From NCBI GenBank assembly GCA_965371515.1, contig CBDUYR010000006.1, positions 13,977-77,976 on the forward strand: DNA of 64,000 nt. The letters are read 5' to 3'. This document shows positions 10,085 through 17,475 of the stretch, piece by piece. The translations under genes and the position numbers were made by a program. Positions within the stretch are counted from its first letter, which is position 1; every line of letters begins with the position of its first letter. Origin of the DNA: an uncultured bacterium. Lineage in GTDB: Bacteria > Krumholzibacteriota > Krumholzibacteriia > Krumholzibacteriales > Krumholzibacteriaceae. The notes below the pieces were generated by a model, which ran no database searches, had not been told where the DNA came from, and was given only the letters and a program-made list of their open reading frames with translations.

Positions 10085-10491
10085 GATTCCTTTTCACTCC
10101 TGTAGAGCACGAGGGCCTCACCGTCCAGCTTTACCTCATCGTTCACCCTTGAGATAATAAGCGTACGGATCGTGTACTTCCCCGACCCTGTTACATCGAG
10201 CACTTCGAACTGAGCAAGCAGCTTCTCGCCGGGAAATACCGGCGCCCTGAAGCTGAGCGACTGGCTCAGATAGATCGTGCCCTCGCCGGGGAACTCGGTG
10301 CCGAGGACCTTTGATATCACGCTCCCCGTCAGGAAACCGTGCACGATAGTGTCCGCAAACCCGAGCCCCGTCGCGTACTTCTTGTCGAGATGTATCGGGT
10401 TCGTGTCGCCCGAGAGCTCAGCGAACTGCTTGACCTGCTCGAAAGAGAAGGAAAATTCCTTCGAGTATTTATCGCCCTTTTCAATCTTCAT
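10081..10491 (-). CDS. MaoC-family (R)-specific enoyl-CoA hydratase (PhaJ-like)
   Basis: FAELSGDTNPIHLD, IVHG, PGEGTIYLSQSLSFRAPV. GGAG precedes ATG 10491. Confidence 0.93.
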   Translation of the reverse strand: MKIEKGDKYSKEFSFSFEQVKQFAELSGDTNPIHLDKKYATGLGFADTIVHGFLTGSVISKVLGTEFPGEGTIYLSQSLSFRAPVFPGEKLLAQFEVLDVTGSGKYTIRTLIISRVNDEVKLDGEALVLYRSEKES

Positions 10492-10590
10492 CAGTATCAC
10501 TCCATTTATCGGGATACGGTCCGAAATACCGACTTTGAAGGATAACGGGGCCGGCCAGGCACTTCAAGTTTAAAGCACCCCTCTTCCACA

Positions 10591-10620
10591 TTGACAGGGC
10601 TTACCCGATAAATGTATTGT
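10591..10620 (+). promoter_or_regulatory. Sigma70-like promoter for the OM barrel genes
   Basis: TTGACA (10591-96), 18-nt spacer, TATTGT (10615-20). Overlapped by the near-palindrome TGTATTGTC-T-GACATACA. Confidence 0.45.
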
Positions 10621-10671
10621 CTGACATACAATTGGGGGACAAATAACCATAAAAGAGGGAAGGAGCCCGGC

Positions 10672-11385
10672 ATGAAGCAGATGGGATCGAGGACCGCAGC
10701 CGTCATCCTCATAATGACGGCCCTCTCGGCTTCACTCGCCTCCGTTCTTCCCGCCCAGACGCCCGAGCCCGAAAAAACCCACTGGGGGATATTGCGGGTG
10801 CAGGGAGTGATGACCCTGCCGGTGGGCAACGACCACGCCGAGATCTGGAACAACTGCGGAGGCAGCTGGTTCGAATTCCTCGACTTCTCCGCGTCGATCA
10901 ACGTCAATACCTCTGGAGGGGTCCTCGGAAGCTTCGAATATGTACTGAAGCGGAAATACGGGATCGAACTCGCGTTCAACTGGTGGCGACAAATCATCGA
11001 CATCAAGTTCGAGACAGACGACATCACCATAGAAGGAGCGCCCAACTTCATCCTGCCGACCCTCGGATTCAACTACCATTTCCTGACCGACTCGAAGGCG
11101 GACCTCTACCTAGGCGCCTTCGCCACCCTGGGCGTGTTGGCCACGGGCATGGGAACGAATGTAGATGTCAGCAAGGATTTCGCGCTGGGACTGAATTTCG
11201 GTATCGACTACTACGTCTCCAGATCGTGGAGCATCGGCGGAACCGTCAAGTATCTCGACTTCGGGCAGATGGACTTCTCCCTCCTGCCCCCGGGAATCGA
11301 CGGCATCGTATGCGACAACGGATTGTTCGGCATCGGAGACATGAACACGATCTCCCTCACATGCGGGGCCGGTTACAGGTTCTGA
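10672..11385 (+). CDS. OmpW-like outer-membrane beta-barrel protein
   Basis: Signal peptide, PTLGFNYHF, GLNFGIDYY, C-terminal GAGYRF. AGGAG RBS. Confidence 0.8.
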   Translation: MKQMGSRTAAVILIMTALSASLASVLPAQTPEPEKTHWGILRVQGVMTLPVGNDHAEIWNNCGGSWFEFLDFSASINVNTSGGVLGSFEYVLKRKYGIELAFNWWRQIIDIKFETDDITIEGAPNFILPTLGFNYHFLTDSKADLYLGAFATLGVLATGMGTNVDVSKDFALGLNFGIDYYVSRSWSIGGTVKYLDFGQMDFSLLPPGIDGIVCDNGLFGIGDMNTISLTCGAGYRF

Positions 11386-11402
11386 GAGAAAAGGAGCAGG
11401 TT

Positions 11403-12077
11403 TTGAAATACCAGCACCTGATTATCATGATAGTTCTGCTGACAGTGGTATCCACCTCCCCGGCATACGCCGGGAAGACGACCATCGGCGTAAAGGCGGG
11501 ATTCAATGTGTCTAATGTCTACGGGGCTCCCGAGTACTGGGATGAAGCCACCGAGGGGAAGGCGGGATTCACGGGGGGAGCATTCCTCAACTATGCCTTC
11601 AACGACAACTTCAGTCTCCAGCCCGAGCTCCTCTTCACACAGAAGGGATTCGGGGGCACACTGTTCGATGATATCGAATTCTTCGAAATCGACATGCAGG
11701 TGAGCCTCGACTATTTCGAGCTGCCTGTGCTTGCAAAATACGCCTTTTCCGCCGACAAAAAATTCAGGCCGACGCTGTTCGCCGGACCGAGCTTCGCCTA
11801 CTGTTTCGGTTCCGAACTGGCTGTCTCGTGGTGGTTGTTCTCGGGGAATGTCGACTTCTCGTCAGTAACTCACGTGACCGATTTCGGCGTCGTCCTCGGC
11901 GGTGGGTTCGACTACGTCCTGAGCAGAGGAACCGTCGTGTTCGACGGGAGATTTACTTACGGATTCACCAACGTGATCGTGAGCGGTGATTTCGAGATCA
12001 ACGGCGACACCGAGACGATCGAAGAGGACGACTTCAAGAACTACGGCCTCTCCTTCACGCTCGGATACGTCTTCTAG
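11403..12077 (+). CDS. Porin-family (PorT-like) outer-membrane beta-barrel protein
   Basis: TTG start after AAGGAG; signal peptide, IGVKAGFN, SLQPELLFTQKG, LDYFELPVL, C-terminal LGYVF. Confidence 0.85.
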   Translation: MKYQHLIIMIVLLTVVSTSPAYAGKTTIGVKAGFNVSNVYGAPEYWDEATEGKAGFTGGAFLNYAFNDNFSLQPELLFTQKGFGGTLFDDIEFFEIDMQVSLDYFELPVLAKYAFSADKKFRPTLFAGPSFAYCFGSELAVSWWLFSGNVDFSSVTHVTDFGVVLGGGFDYVLSRGTVVFDGRFTYGFTNVIVSGDFEINGDTETIEEDDFKNYGLSFTLGYVF

Positions 12078-12085
12078 GAAGGCTG

Positions 12086-12490
12086 CTATTCCTCTTTCAT
12101 CTTTATCCCGATCACGAGCTTCTCGAGGCCTATCTTCTTCGCGATATCCATCACCCTGATGACTGTGCCGTGCTGCACCGACTTGTCGGCATTGAGCACG
12201 AGCGTCCTGTCCTCGATATCGGAAAGGGCGGCGAGCATCGTTTCCTCGAGATCGTCGAGTGCGACGGGCATACCGTTGAATACGACTTCGTTGTCCGAGC
12301 TGATATAGAGAACCAGCTTCTCCACCCTCGCCACCTCGGCGCTCTCGGCCGACGGGAGTTCGAGCTTCATGCCCGGCTGATCGAGGAAGGTCGAGGTGAC
12401 CATGAAAAAGATAAGCAGCAGGAACATAACGTCGATGAGCGACGTGACGTTTATCATGACCCGGCGCTTCTTCTTCGGGTTAAACTCCAC
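12086..12490 (-). CDS. exbD: ExbD/TolR biopolymer transport protein
   Basis: INVTSLIDVMFLLLIFFMVT with the conserved Asp; ADKSVQHGTVIRVMD. Confidence 0.95.
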   Translation of the reverse strand: MEFNPKKKRRVMINVTSLIDVMFLLLIFFMVTSTFLDQPGMKLELPSAESAEVARVEKLVLYISSDNEVVFNGMPVALDDLEETMLAALSDIEDRTLVLNADKSVQHGTVIRVMDIAKKIGLEKLVIGIKMKEE

Positions 12491-13124
12491 TGCCCGTCTC
12501 CTCCCGGCACTCGGTCATGACCCGGATACTGTGCAGAAGCGAGGCCGAATACTTCTCGATGTCCATGACGATACCCTCAGCCTTGCTCGTGAAAAAATTG
12601 TAGGCGATGAACGCGGGTATGCCTATAACCAGGCCTGTCACTGTCGTGATCAGCGCCTCGGATATCCCGCCGGAGAGGACGTTCGCCTGCCCCAGACCCT
12701 GCTGGGAGATCACGTTGAAAACCTTGATCATTCCGAGGACCGTACCCATCAGACCAAGAAGGGGAGCGACGCCGGCAACCGTCTCCAGCCCTACGAGCCC
12801 TCTCTCGAGAGTCCTTACCTCCTGCCTCCCCTGGTCGATAATGAATTCCTTCAGCTCTTCCCTGTTCAGATCCTGGTTCCGGAGTGCGGGAAGCATAACG
12901 TTTGCGAACGTCCCCGGGTAGGTCTCGCAGATGCTTTCGGCGACCCTGATGTCCTCTGGGCACTTGATTCTTTCGACCGCCGTGACGATCTCGGGAATAA
13001 TTATCTTCTTCGCTCTGAGATTGAACGCCCTCTCGATCACGATCGCGAGTGTGAATATCGAACCGATAAGCAGGGGTATCATCACAATACCCCCCTTTTG
13101 CAGTTCAGAAATAATTTCCGTCAT
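12480..13124 (-). CDS. exbB: ExbB/TolQ/MotA proton channel
   Basis: APLLGLMGTVLGMI and GISEALITTVTGLVIGIP. Confidence 0.95.
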   Translation of the reverse strand: MTEIISELQKGGIVMIPLLIGSIFTLAIVIERAFNLRAKKIIIPEIVTAVERIKCPEDIRVAESICETYPGTFANVMLPALRNQDLNREELKEFIIDQGRQEVRTLERGLVGLETVAGVAPLLGLMGTVLGMIKVFNVISQQGLGQANVLSGGISEALITTVTGLVIGIPAFIAYNFFTSKAEGIVMDIEKYSASLLHSIRVMTECREETGSGV

Positions 13125-13145
13125 ACGGCCTCTCTCCTCCCTGGA

Positions 13146-14036
13146 TCATCGTCTTGTGTAGTAGAAAAATGTCCATCTCAACTCAAGGTACTCTTCGGGG
13201 AAATTATCAGGCAGCGGGCGGAAAGGCGAAGACTTTTCCACTGCCGTCACACTTGTCTCCATCAGCGTCTTGTGTCCGTTATAATCGATGACGTCGAGTC
13301 CGGTCATCGTCCCGTCCGGCCACACCCTGAAAATCAGCGTAGTCTCCCCCCTGATACCTCCCATGTATGTGAATATCGCAGGCGGAAAGATGTTCGATTT
13401 GAGTTTCCTCTTCATGTGGAAGATGTAGGAGGCGTAATCCCATTCGTACGTGTTGAGCGATATGCTTCCCTTGGCATCGGCTCCGGTCAATCTCTGCTCG
13501 TAGTCGAGATCGTCGGTGAACCGCCGCTGCGGTGAAGGCGGACCGACCTGTAACTGCCTCATGGAGGATTCTCCGTCTCTCACGTCCTGAACCCTGCGTC
13601 GATCCGAATTGAAATACGAGCCCGCCCAATCGAGTATAGGGTTCCATGGCTCCGATTCAGCGTCATCCTGCTGCTGATTCCGCTGATCCTCGGCCTGAGC
13701 CTGTTGGACCCCGCCGGCATCGGGATCGCCGGCGAATACCCGGTGCGGGACTTCACCATCGCTGTAAGCTTCTCCCAGTTCCAGGTCACCCTCATGTTCG
13801 TCCCTAGCGAGAGCATTCTTGTCCGAGAGCAGGTGCGCATTCTCCGGCTCCTGCCGAATGGCGTCGTCCGGGGTCTCCACCAGCTCGAAGATGAGCGGGG
13901 TTGAGGCCGCGGGTTCAGACTCGCTCTTGTCTGGGAAAAGGTCTATCCGGGACAGGGGACGATAAACGATCAGGATGATCAGATGAACGAGCACCGATAC
14001 GGCAATGGCGATTCGTTGTGACCGGTATTTAAACAG
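13146..14036 (-). CDS. tonB: TonB/TolA-family energy transducer; start probably non-canonical and upstream of GTG 13994
   Basis: TM anchor IAIAVSVLVH (S-x3-H), low-complexity linker, C-terminal TonB domain (AVEKSSPFRPLP). First gene of tonB-exbB-exbD. Confidence 0.8.
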   Translation of the reverse strand: MFKYRSQRIAIAVSVLVHLIILIVYRPLSRIDLFPDKSESEPAASTPLIFELVETPDDAIRQEPENAHLLSDKNALARDEHEGDLELGEAYSDGEVPHRVFAGDPDAGGVQQAQAEDQRNQQQDDAESEPWNPILDWAGSYFNSDRRRVQDVRDGESSMRQLQVGPPSPQRRFTDDLDYEQRLTGADAKGSISLNTYEWDYASYIFHMKRKLKSNIFPPAIFTYMGGIRGETTLIFRVWPDGTMTGLDVIDYNGHKTLMETSVTAVEKSSPFRPLPDNFPEEYLELRWTFFYYTRR

Positions 14037-14173
14037 ATCGATAACCTCTTGAAAATGCTATGCCTGTAACAATCCATAATATAGATATATCGTCGCAGTA
14101 TAACACTATTAAGTTACAACCGTTCTCGATGTTCCAGTTTTTTCGCCTGTCGCCGGCGGAAGAGACGGAACGC

Positions 14174-14227
14174 CTTTACTTTCAACATACTGCCGGCTCA
14201 AGGCGACATACGTCTGGCAACTCCAGG
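14174..14227 (+). repeat. Left copy of a 54-bp imperfect direct repeat flanking the AT-rich islet
   Basis: CTTTACTTTCAACATACTGCCGGCTCAAGGCGACATACGTCTGGCAACTCCAGG matches 15872-15925 at 44/54 positions, ungapped (hand alignment). Confidence 0.85.
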
Positions 14228-14244
14228 TCCTCTCCGCCCCGAAC

Positions 14245-14370
14245 CGTTCCATATGTTCAAAAAAGTGTTCCACCTGTTCCAAAGTGTCCCATCGTTCGTG
14301 AGACAATAATCTAAAAGACTTACAGCGAAAGTGTTCAAAAATGTGTTCTACGCGATACAACTGCGATACA
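14245..14370 (+). repeat. Cluster of short direct repeats (TGTTC/CGTTC units; TGTTCAAAAAWGTGTTC x2; GCGATACA x2)
   Basis: 17-mers at 14254-14270 and 14332-14348 (16/17 identical); further YGTTC-like units about 9-12 bp apart; GCGATACA twice with an 11-bp period. Confidence 0.7.
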
Positions 14371-14670
14371 CAAAGATTCGCTTCTGGAACAGTCTGATTT
14401 CAGAAAATTACTATCGGGAATCAAAAATCGAATCTCCTGTATTCATTAATTCAGAAGGGATTACAAATGCGCCATGAAAATATCAAATGTCAGGGATAAG
14501 TCCAGTTCATGTGAATGGAATCGATAGTGCAATATAAAACGATTTAGATCCTGCACTGATCCGAAGAGCTGCAACGTCAGGGGATATTTCAATGAAAGGA
14601 GGGTGGCTTTCTAACAGGCGCTTGCAGCATTAGAATCTGGGAACGCTTACATTTCAACAGATAAAGGAGA

Positions 14671-15537
14671 ATGATGATGTTCCATAGAAAGCATATCAAG
14701 AAAGCGCTACTGTTTTTAATCATTGTTGCATTCTTCAATCTCGTTTCATGTACTGAACAGGGTATTGTGAATACAGACAAAAAGGAGGTTGCTTCAAATG
14801 AAACGATAGATATTGAAAACGACATCGAAATATCAGTTGATCCAGAAATGGCAGGAATATTACATAATGAGATTCTATCAGAATTCAATAATAGGCATAC
14901 TATACTGAGTGGTCCACTTGATGAAGATACTTTCATAAGATATTATCAGGAATCAGTAAATACAGTTTTTAAAAGAAATGGGATTCGGATTATCGTTTCT
15001 AAAGATGAAATTCGATCTGATTTATTAATGCTGCGCGAATTTACTGAAAGTGGTGTTTTTAACTTCTTCTCACCTCCACGAGAAACAAATATAGAACCAC
15101 TCATTTCACATGGAATAGTTACGGGTAAATTGACACAAGCTGAATCTGAATATATCAGAAAACTATTTAATTCTTTAAAAAATGGCGTTCTTTTTTCAAA
15201 AGATAATGCACAGGATCAATTATTCAGTTCAGAATTTGAATCAATCGAGGATATAGACAAAGATATGTTGATTTCTATAGAATGTATTGCTCAGAGCACC
15301 TCTGAATTCTGGAGTGACTTTCTGATCCATTCACTGCCGGATGGAGAAATATATATCCTGTATAAGGATGATGAGTACGTATGGCGTAAAACGTGCGACA
15401 TATGTGGTGGAATAATGGGGATATGGGCAGGAGGGCCTGGCGGCGCCATTATATTGGGAGGATTAGCTTCAATAGCTTTTCATGTAGTATATAATGATGG
15501 ACAAGGCTGGTGGGATACAGTTACAGGTTGGTTTTAA
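14671..15537 (+). CDS. Hypothetical lipoprotein with a C-terminal hydrophobic glycine-zipper (bacteriocin-like) segment
   Basis: AAGGAG RBS, signal peptide and lipobox LVSC, acidic helical middle, tail DICGGIMGIWAGGPGGAIILGGLASIAF...WWDTVTGWF. Confidence 0.75.
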   Translation: MMMFHRKHIKKALLFLIIVAFFNLVSCTEQGIVNTDKKEVASNETIDIENDIEISVDPEMAGILHNEILSEFNNRHTILSGPLDEDTFIRYYQESVNTVFKRNGIRIIVSKDEIRSDLLMLREFTESGVFNFFSPPRETNIEPLISHGIVTGKLTQAESEYIRKLFNSLKNGVLFSKDNAQDQLFSSEFESIEDIDKDMLISIECIAQSTSEFWSDFLIHSLPDGEIYILYKDDEYVWRKTCDICGGIMGIWAGGPGGAIILGGLASIAFHVVYNDGQGWWDTVTGWF

Positions 15538-15554
15538 AAGGTATTGTCTTGATT

Positions 15555-15586
15555 GTGGGAAGAAATTAAAAAGGTTTTCTTCCCAC
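15555..15586 (+). terminator. Perfect 11-bp stem-loop between the two islet genes
   Basis: GTGGGAAGAAA...TTTCTTCCCAC followed by TTT. Confidence 0.6.
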
Positions 15587-15616
15587 TTTCGGGACACAAC
15601 TAAAAAGGAGTAGCTG

Positions 15617-15871
15617 ATGCTTAGTGATTATAAAGAAATAATAGGAATCATACTAGTACACGTAGTTATTTATGCTATTTATAGAATTATATCATGGAAA
15701 TTCATCAAGCTGAGTTCAAAAGGTGTATTTGGCCTGTATTTAATACTCATGCCTGCATTCATGTTGAACATAAGGTCAAGCTCAGGAGCATCAGAGATTT
15801 ATTCTGCGGCTATTACAGTTGTTGGAGTATTTATTTATTCTGCCTATGCAGGGAAAAAATCTTCAGGTTGA
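15617..15871 (+). CDS. Small 3-TM membrane protein (candidate immunity protein)
   Basis: 84 aa, AAGGAG RBS, three hydrophobic segments; directly downstream of the glycine-zipper lipoprotein. Confidence 0.7.
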   Translation: MLSDYKEIIGIILVHVVIYAIYRIISWKFIKLSSKGVFGLYLILMPAFMLNIRSSSGASEIYSAAITVVGVFIYSAYAGKKSSG

Positions 15872-15925
15872 CTTTAGTTGCAACACACTGCCGCCTCGGG
15901 GCGACATACATCTGTAAACGCCAGG
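15872..15925 (+). repeat. Right copy of the 54-bp imperfect direct repeat
   Basis: CTTTAGTTGCAACACACTGCCGCCTCGGGGCGACATACATCTGTAAACGCCAGG begins at the base after the stop codon of the small gene. Confidence 0.85.
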
Positions 15926-15944
15926 GGATCTCCTGACTAGAAGA

Positions 15945-16122
15945 TACCGATACTCAGGCCGGCGGAGCGAGGCTCTCGAGAACTTCGAGCTCTGTTTCAG
16001 TGATTATCCCGATTACCACTACGCCCTCTACCAGGTCGGAAAGACAAATCTTATCGGAGAAGTCGATCTCGCCCGGGCACAGGGAAGCGAAGAAGCTCTA
16101 CAAGAAACTCAAGCGAAAGTAA
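15945..16122 (+). pseudogene. Remnant of a TPR-protein gene (3' fragment, frameshifted or internally deleted)
   Basis: YRYSGRRSEALENFELCFSDYPDYHYALYQVGKT...DLARA, then in another frame HREAKKLYKKLKRK*. No start or RBS; host-like GC. Confidence 0.55.
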
Positions 16123-16132
16123 TCGCTGAGGC

Positions 16133-16735
16133 CTATTTCTCGACCGATCTCCTGATCGCCCGCAGCTCTTCGAGCATCGACGTCATCACGTCACGCTGAG
16201 GTGATTCTCGAACAGTATCATTCTCGGCCGTCGTCGGCGACATCGCGCCTCTGAATGCGCGGAGTTTCTTCACGACATCGTCGTAGATCCCATTTACGTC
16301 TTCGAGCCCGACGAGGCTCTGCTCTGCGCCGGTTGTGCCGCTCATACCCGCAGTCTGGATGTTGAGCGTGCCTATGTCGAACATGAACCTGTCGAGGATC
16401 CCCCTCTTGATCGAGATGTTTGTGACGGTCCTGTAAGGCACGTGCTTAACCGACTTGGTGACTATACCGACGCGCAGGATCACCTCGTCATCCTGGATCT
16501 CGTAGCTGAGACTCCTGTAATAGAATACAGACAGAATTGCGGCTATGATCCAGAAAAGGCCAGCGATCAGCGCCGTGTATATCGTAATCTCGATCGTAAC
16601 GTGGGCTCCCTCGTCGATCCCGACGAGCAGACCGAAAAGGTACCCCACAAGCACCGTCAGCAGGGCTATGATCGTGTAGGTAACCCACAGCTTTCTCAGA
16701 TAACTTTTACCCGGCTTGATATGCAATGTCTGCAT
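16133..16735 (-). CDS. Membrane protein with a bacterial PH (bPH_2/YdbS-like) domain
   Basis: Two TM helices, then YEIQDDEVILRVGIVTK...VPYRTVTNISIKRG...IGTLNIQTAG. GGAGG before ATG 16735. Confidence 0.85.
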   Translation of the reverse strand: MQTLHIKPGKSYLRKLWVTYTIIALLTVLVGYLFGLLVGIDEGAHVTIEITIYTALIAGLFWIIAAILSVFYYRSLSYEIQDDEVILRVGIVTKSVKHVPYRTVTNISIKRGILDRFMFDIGTLNIQTAGMSGTTGAEQSLVGLEDVNGIYDDVVKKLRAFRGAMSPTTAENDTVRESPQRDVMTSMLEELRAIRRSVEK

Positions 16736-16887
16736 GACGACCTCCCCTATGTTCTTCACTCTGATCGTGATTCTCGCAGTTAATACATTCGATTGCACGG
16801 ATTTATTCGAAATACATTTTGATTGACTGGTATCACATCAGGCGCAATAATCGTTTTGAATTTCAGCTTTTACAGGAGGTCGTTCGT

Positions 16888-17460
16888 ATGCGCAGATTCT
16901 TACTGGTCTTTTTTGCTCTTGTACTGCTTTCAGGCGTCGCCTTTGCCCAGCAGCCCGACAGTACCGCTTATGAGGCCCCGGAGACACCACCGCCCGCGAA
17001 ATCCAGCTCCGGACCCAGTAAGATCTATTACGGAGGCACCCTCGGCTTCAGCTTCGGCGACTACACGCGCTTCAGCATCGCGCCTCTGGTCGGATACAGG
17101 CTCGCGAAGAGGTGGTCGGTCGGAGGCAAAGCAGTGTATGAGTATATCAAGGACAAGCGGTATGCAGAGGACATAACCTCGCACAACTACGGGGGCAGCC
17201 TCTTCGCGCGCTTCCGCCCCCATCCCCGTTTCTACCTGCACGGCGAATACGCCTACATGAGCTACGAGTGGCAGACAGCGAATCTGACCTCAGAACGAAA
17301 TTGGGTCCCCTTCCTCCTTCTCGGAGGAGGGTACGTACAGCCGATATCACCCCGCGCCTCCCTCTTCGTCGAGGTGCTGTTCGACGTGCTGAATGATGAC
17401 GGTTCCCCATACGAGGAATGGAATCCCTGGATCAGCATAGGCGTCGCGGCCGGATTCTAA
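16888..17460 (+). CDS. Outer-membrane beta-barrel hypothetical protein
   Basis: AGGAGG RBS, signal peptide AFA-Q, YYGGTLGFSFG, alternating beta-strands, terminal Phe. Confidence 0.75.
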   Translation: MRRFLLVFFALVLLSGVAFAQQPDSTAYEAPETPPPAKSSSGPSKIYYGGTLGFSFGDYTRFSIAPLVGYRLAKRWSVGGKAVYEYIKDKRYAEDITSHNYGGSLFARFRPHPRFYLHGEYAYMSYEWQTANLTSERNWVPFLLLGGGYVQPISPRASLFVEVLFDVLNDDGSPYEEWNPWISIGVAAGF

Positions 17461-17475
17461 CGAATGGAGATTGAT

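Larger units (their letters stand above)
14174..15925. mobile_element. AT-rich genomic islet bounded by direct repeats; no recombinase encoded
   Basis: Visible drop in GC, AT-ending codons in both genes, flanking 54-bp repeats, and a broken TPR gene at the right edge. Confidence 0.7.

Noticed and set aside
10983..11402. N-terminal extension of the 364-aa ORF overlapping the OmpW-like gene
   Set aside because: An RBS and signal peptide place the real start at TTG 11403; the extension is off-frame overlap.
14245..14370. Possible CRISPR array
   Set aside because: Units are 5-17 bp with no repeat-spacer periodicity and no cas genes; kept only as short repeats.
14060..14614. Short ORFs at 14060-14314 and 14109-14360, and a TAG-interrupted Cys-containing frame at about 14474-14614
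   Set aside because: No convincing RBS or protein-like features; the first two overlap repeat-rich non-coding DNA, and there is no evidence for readthrough.
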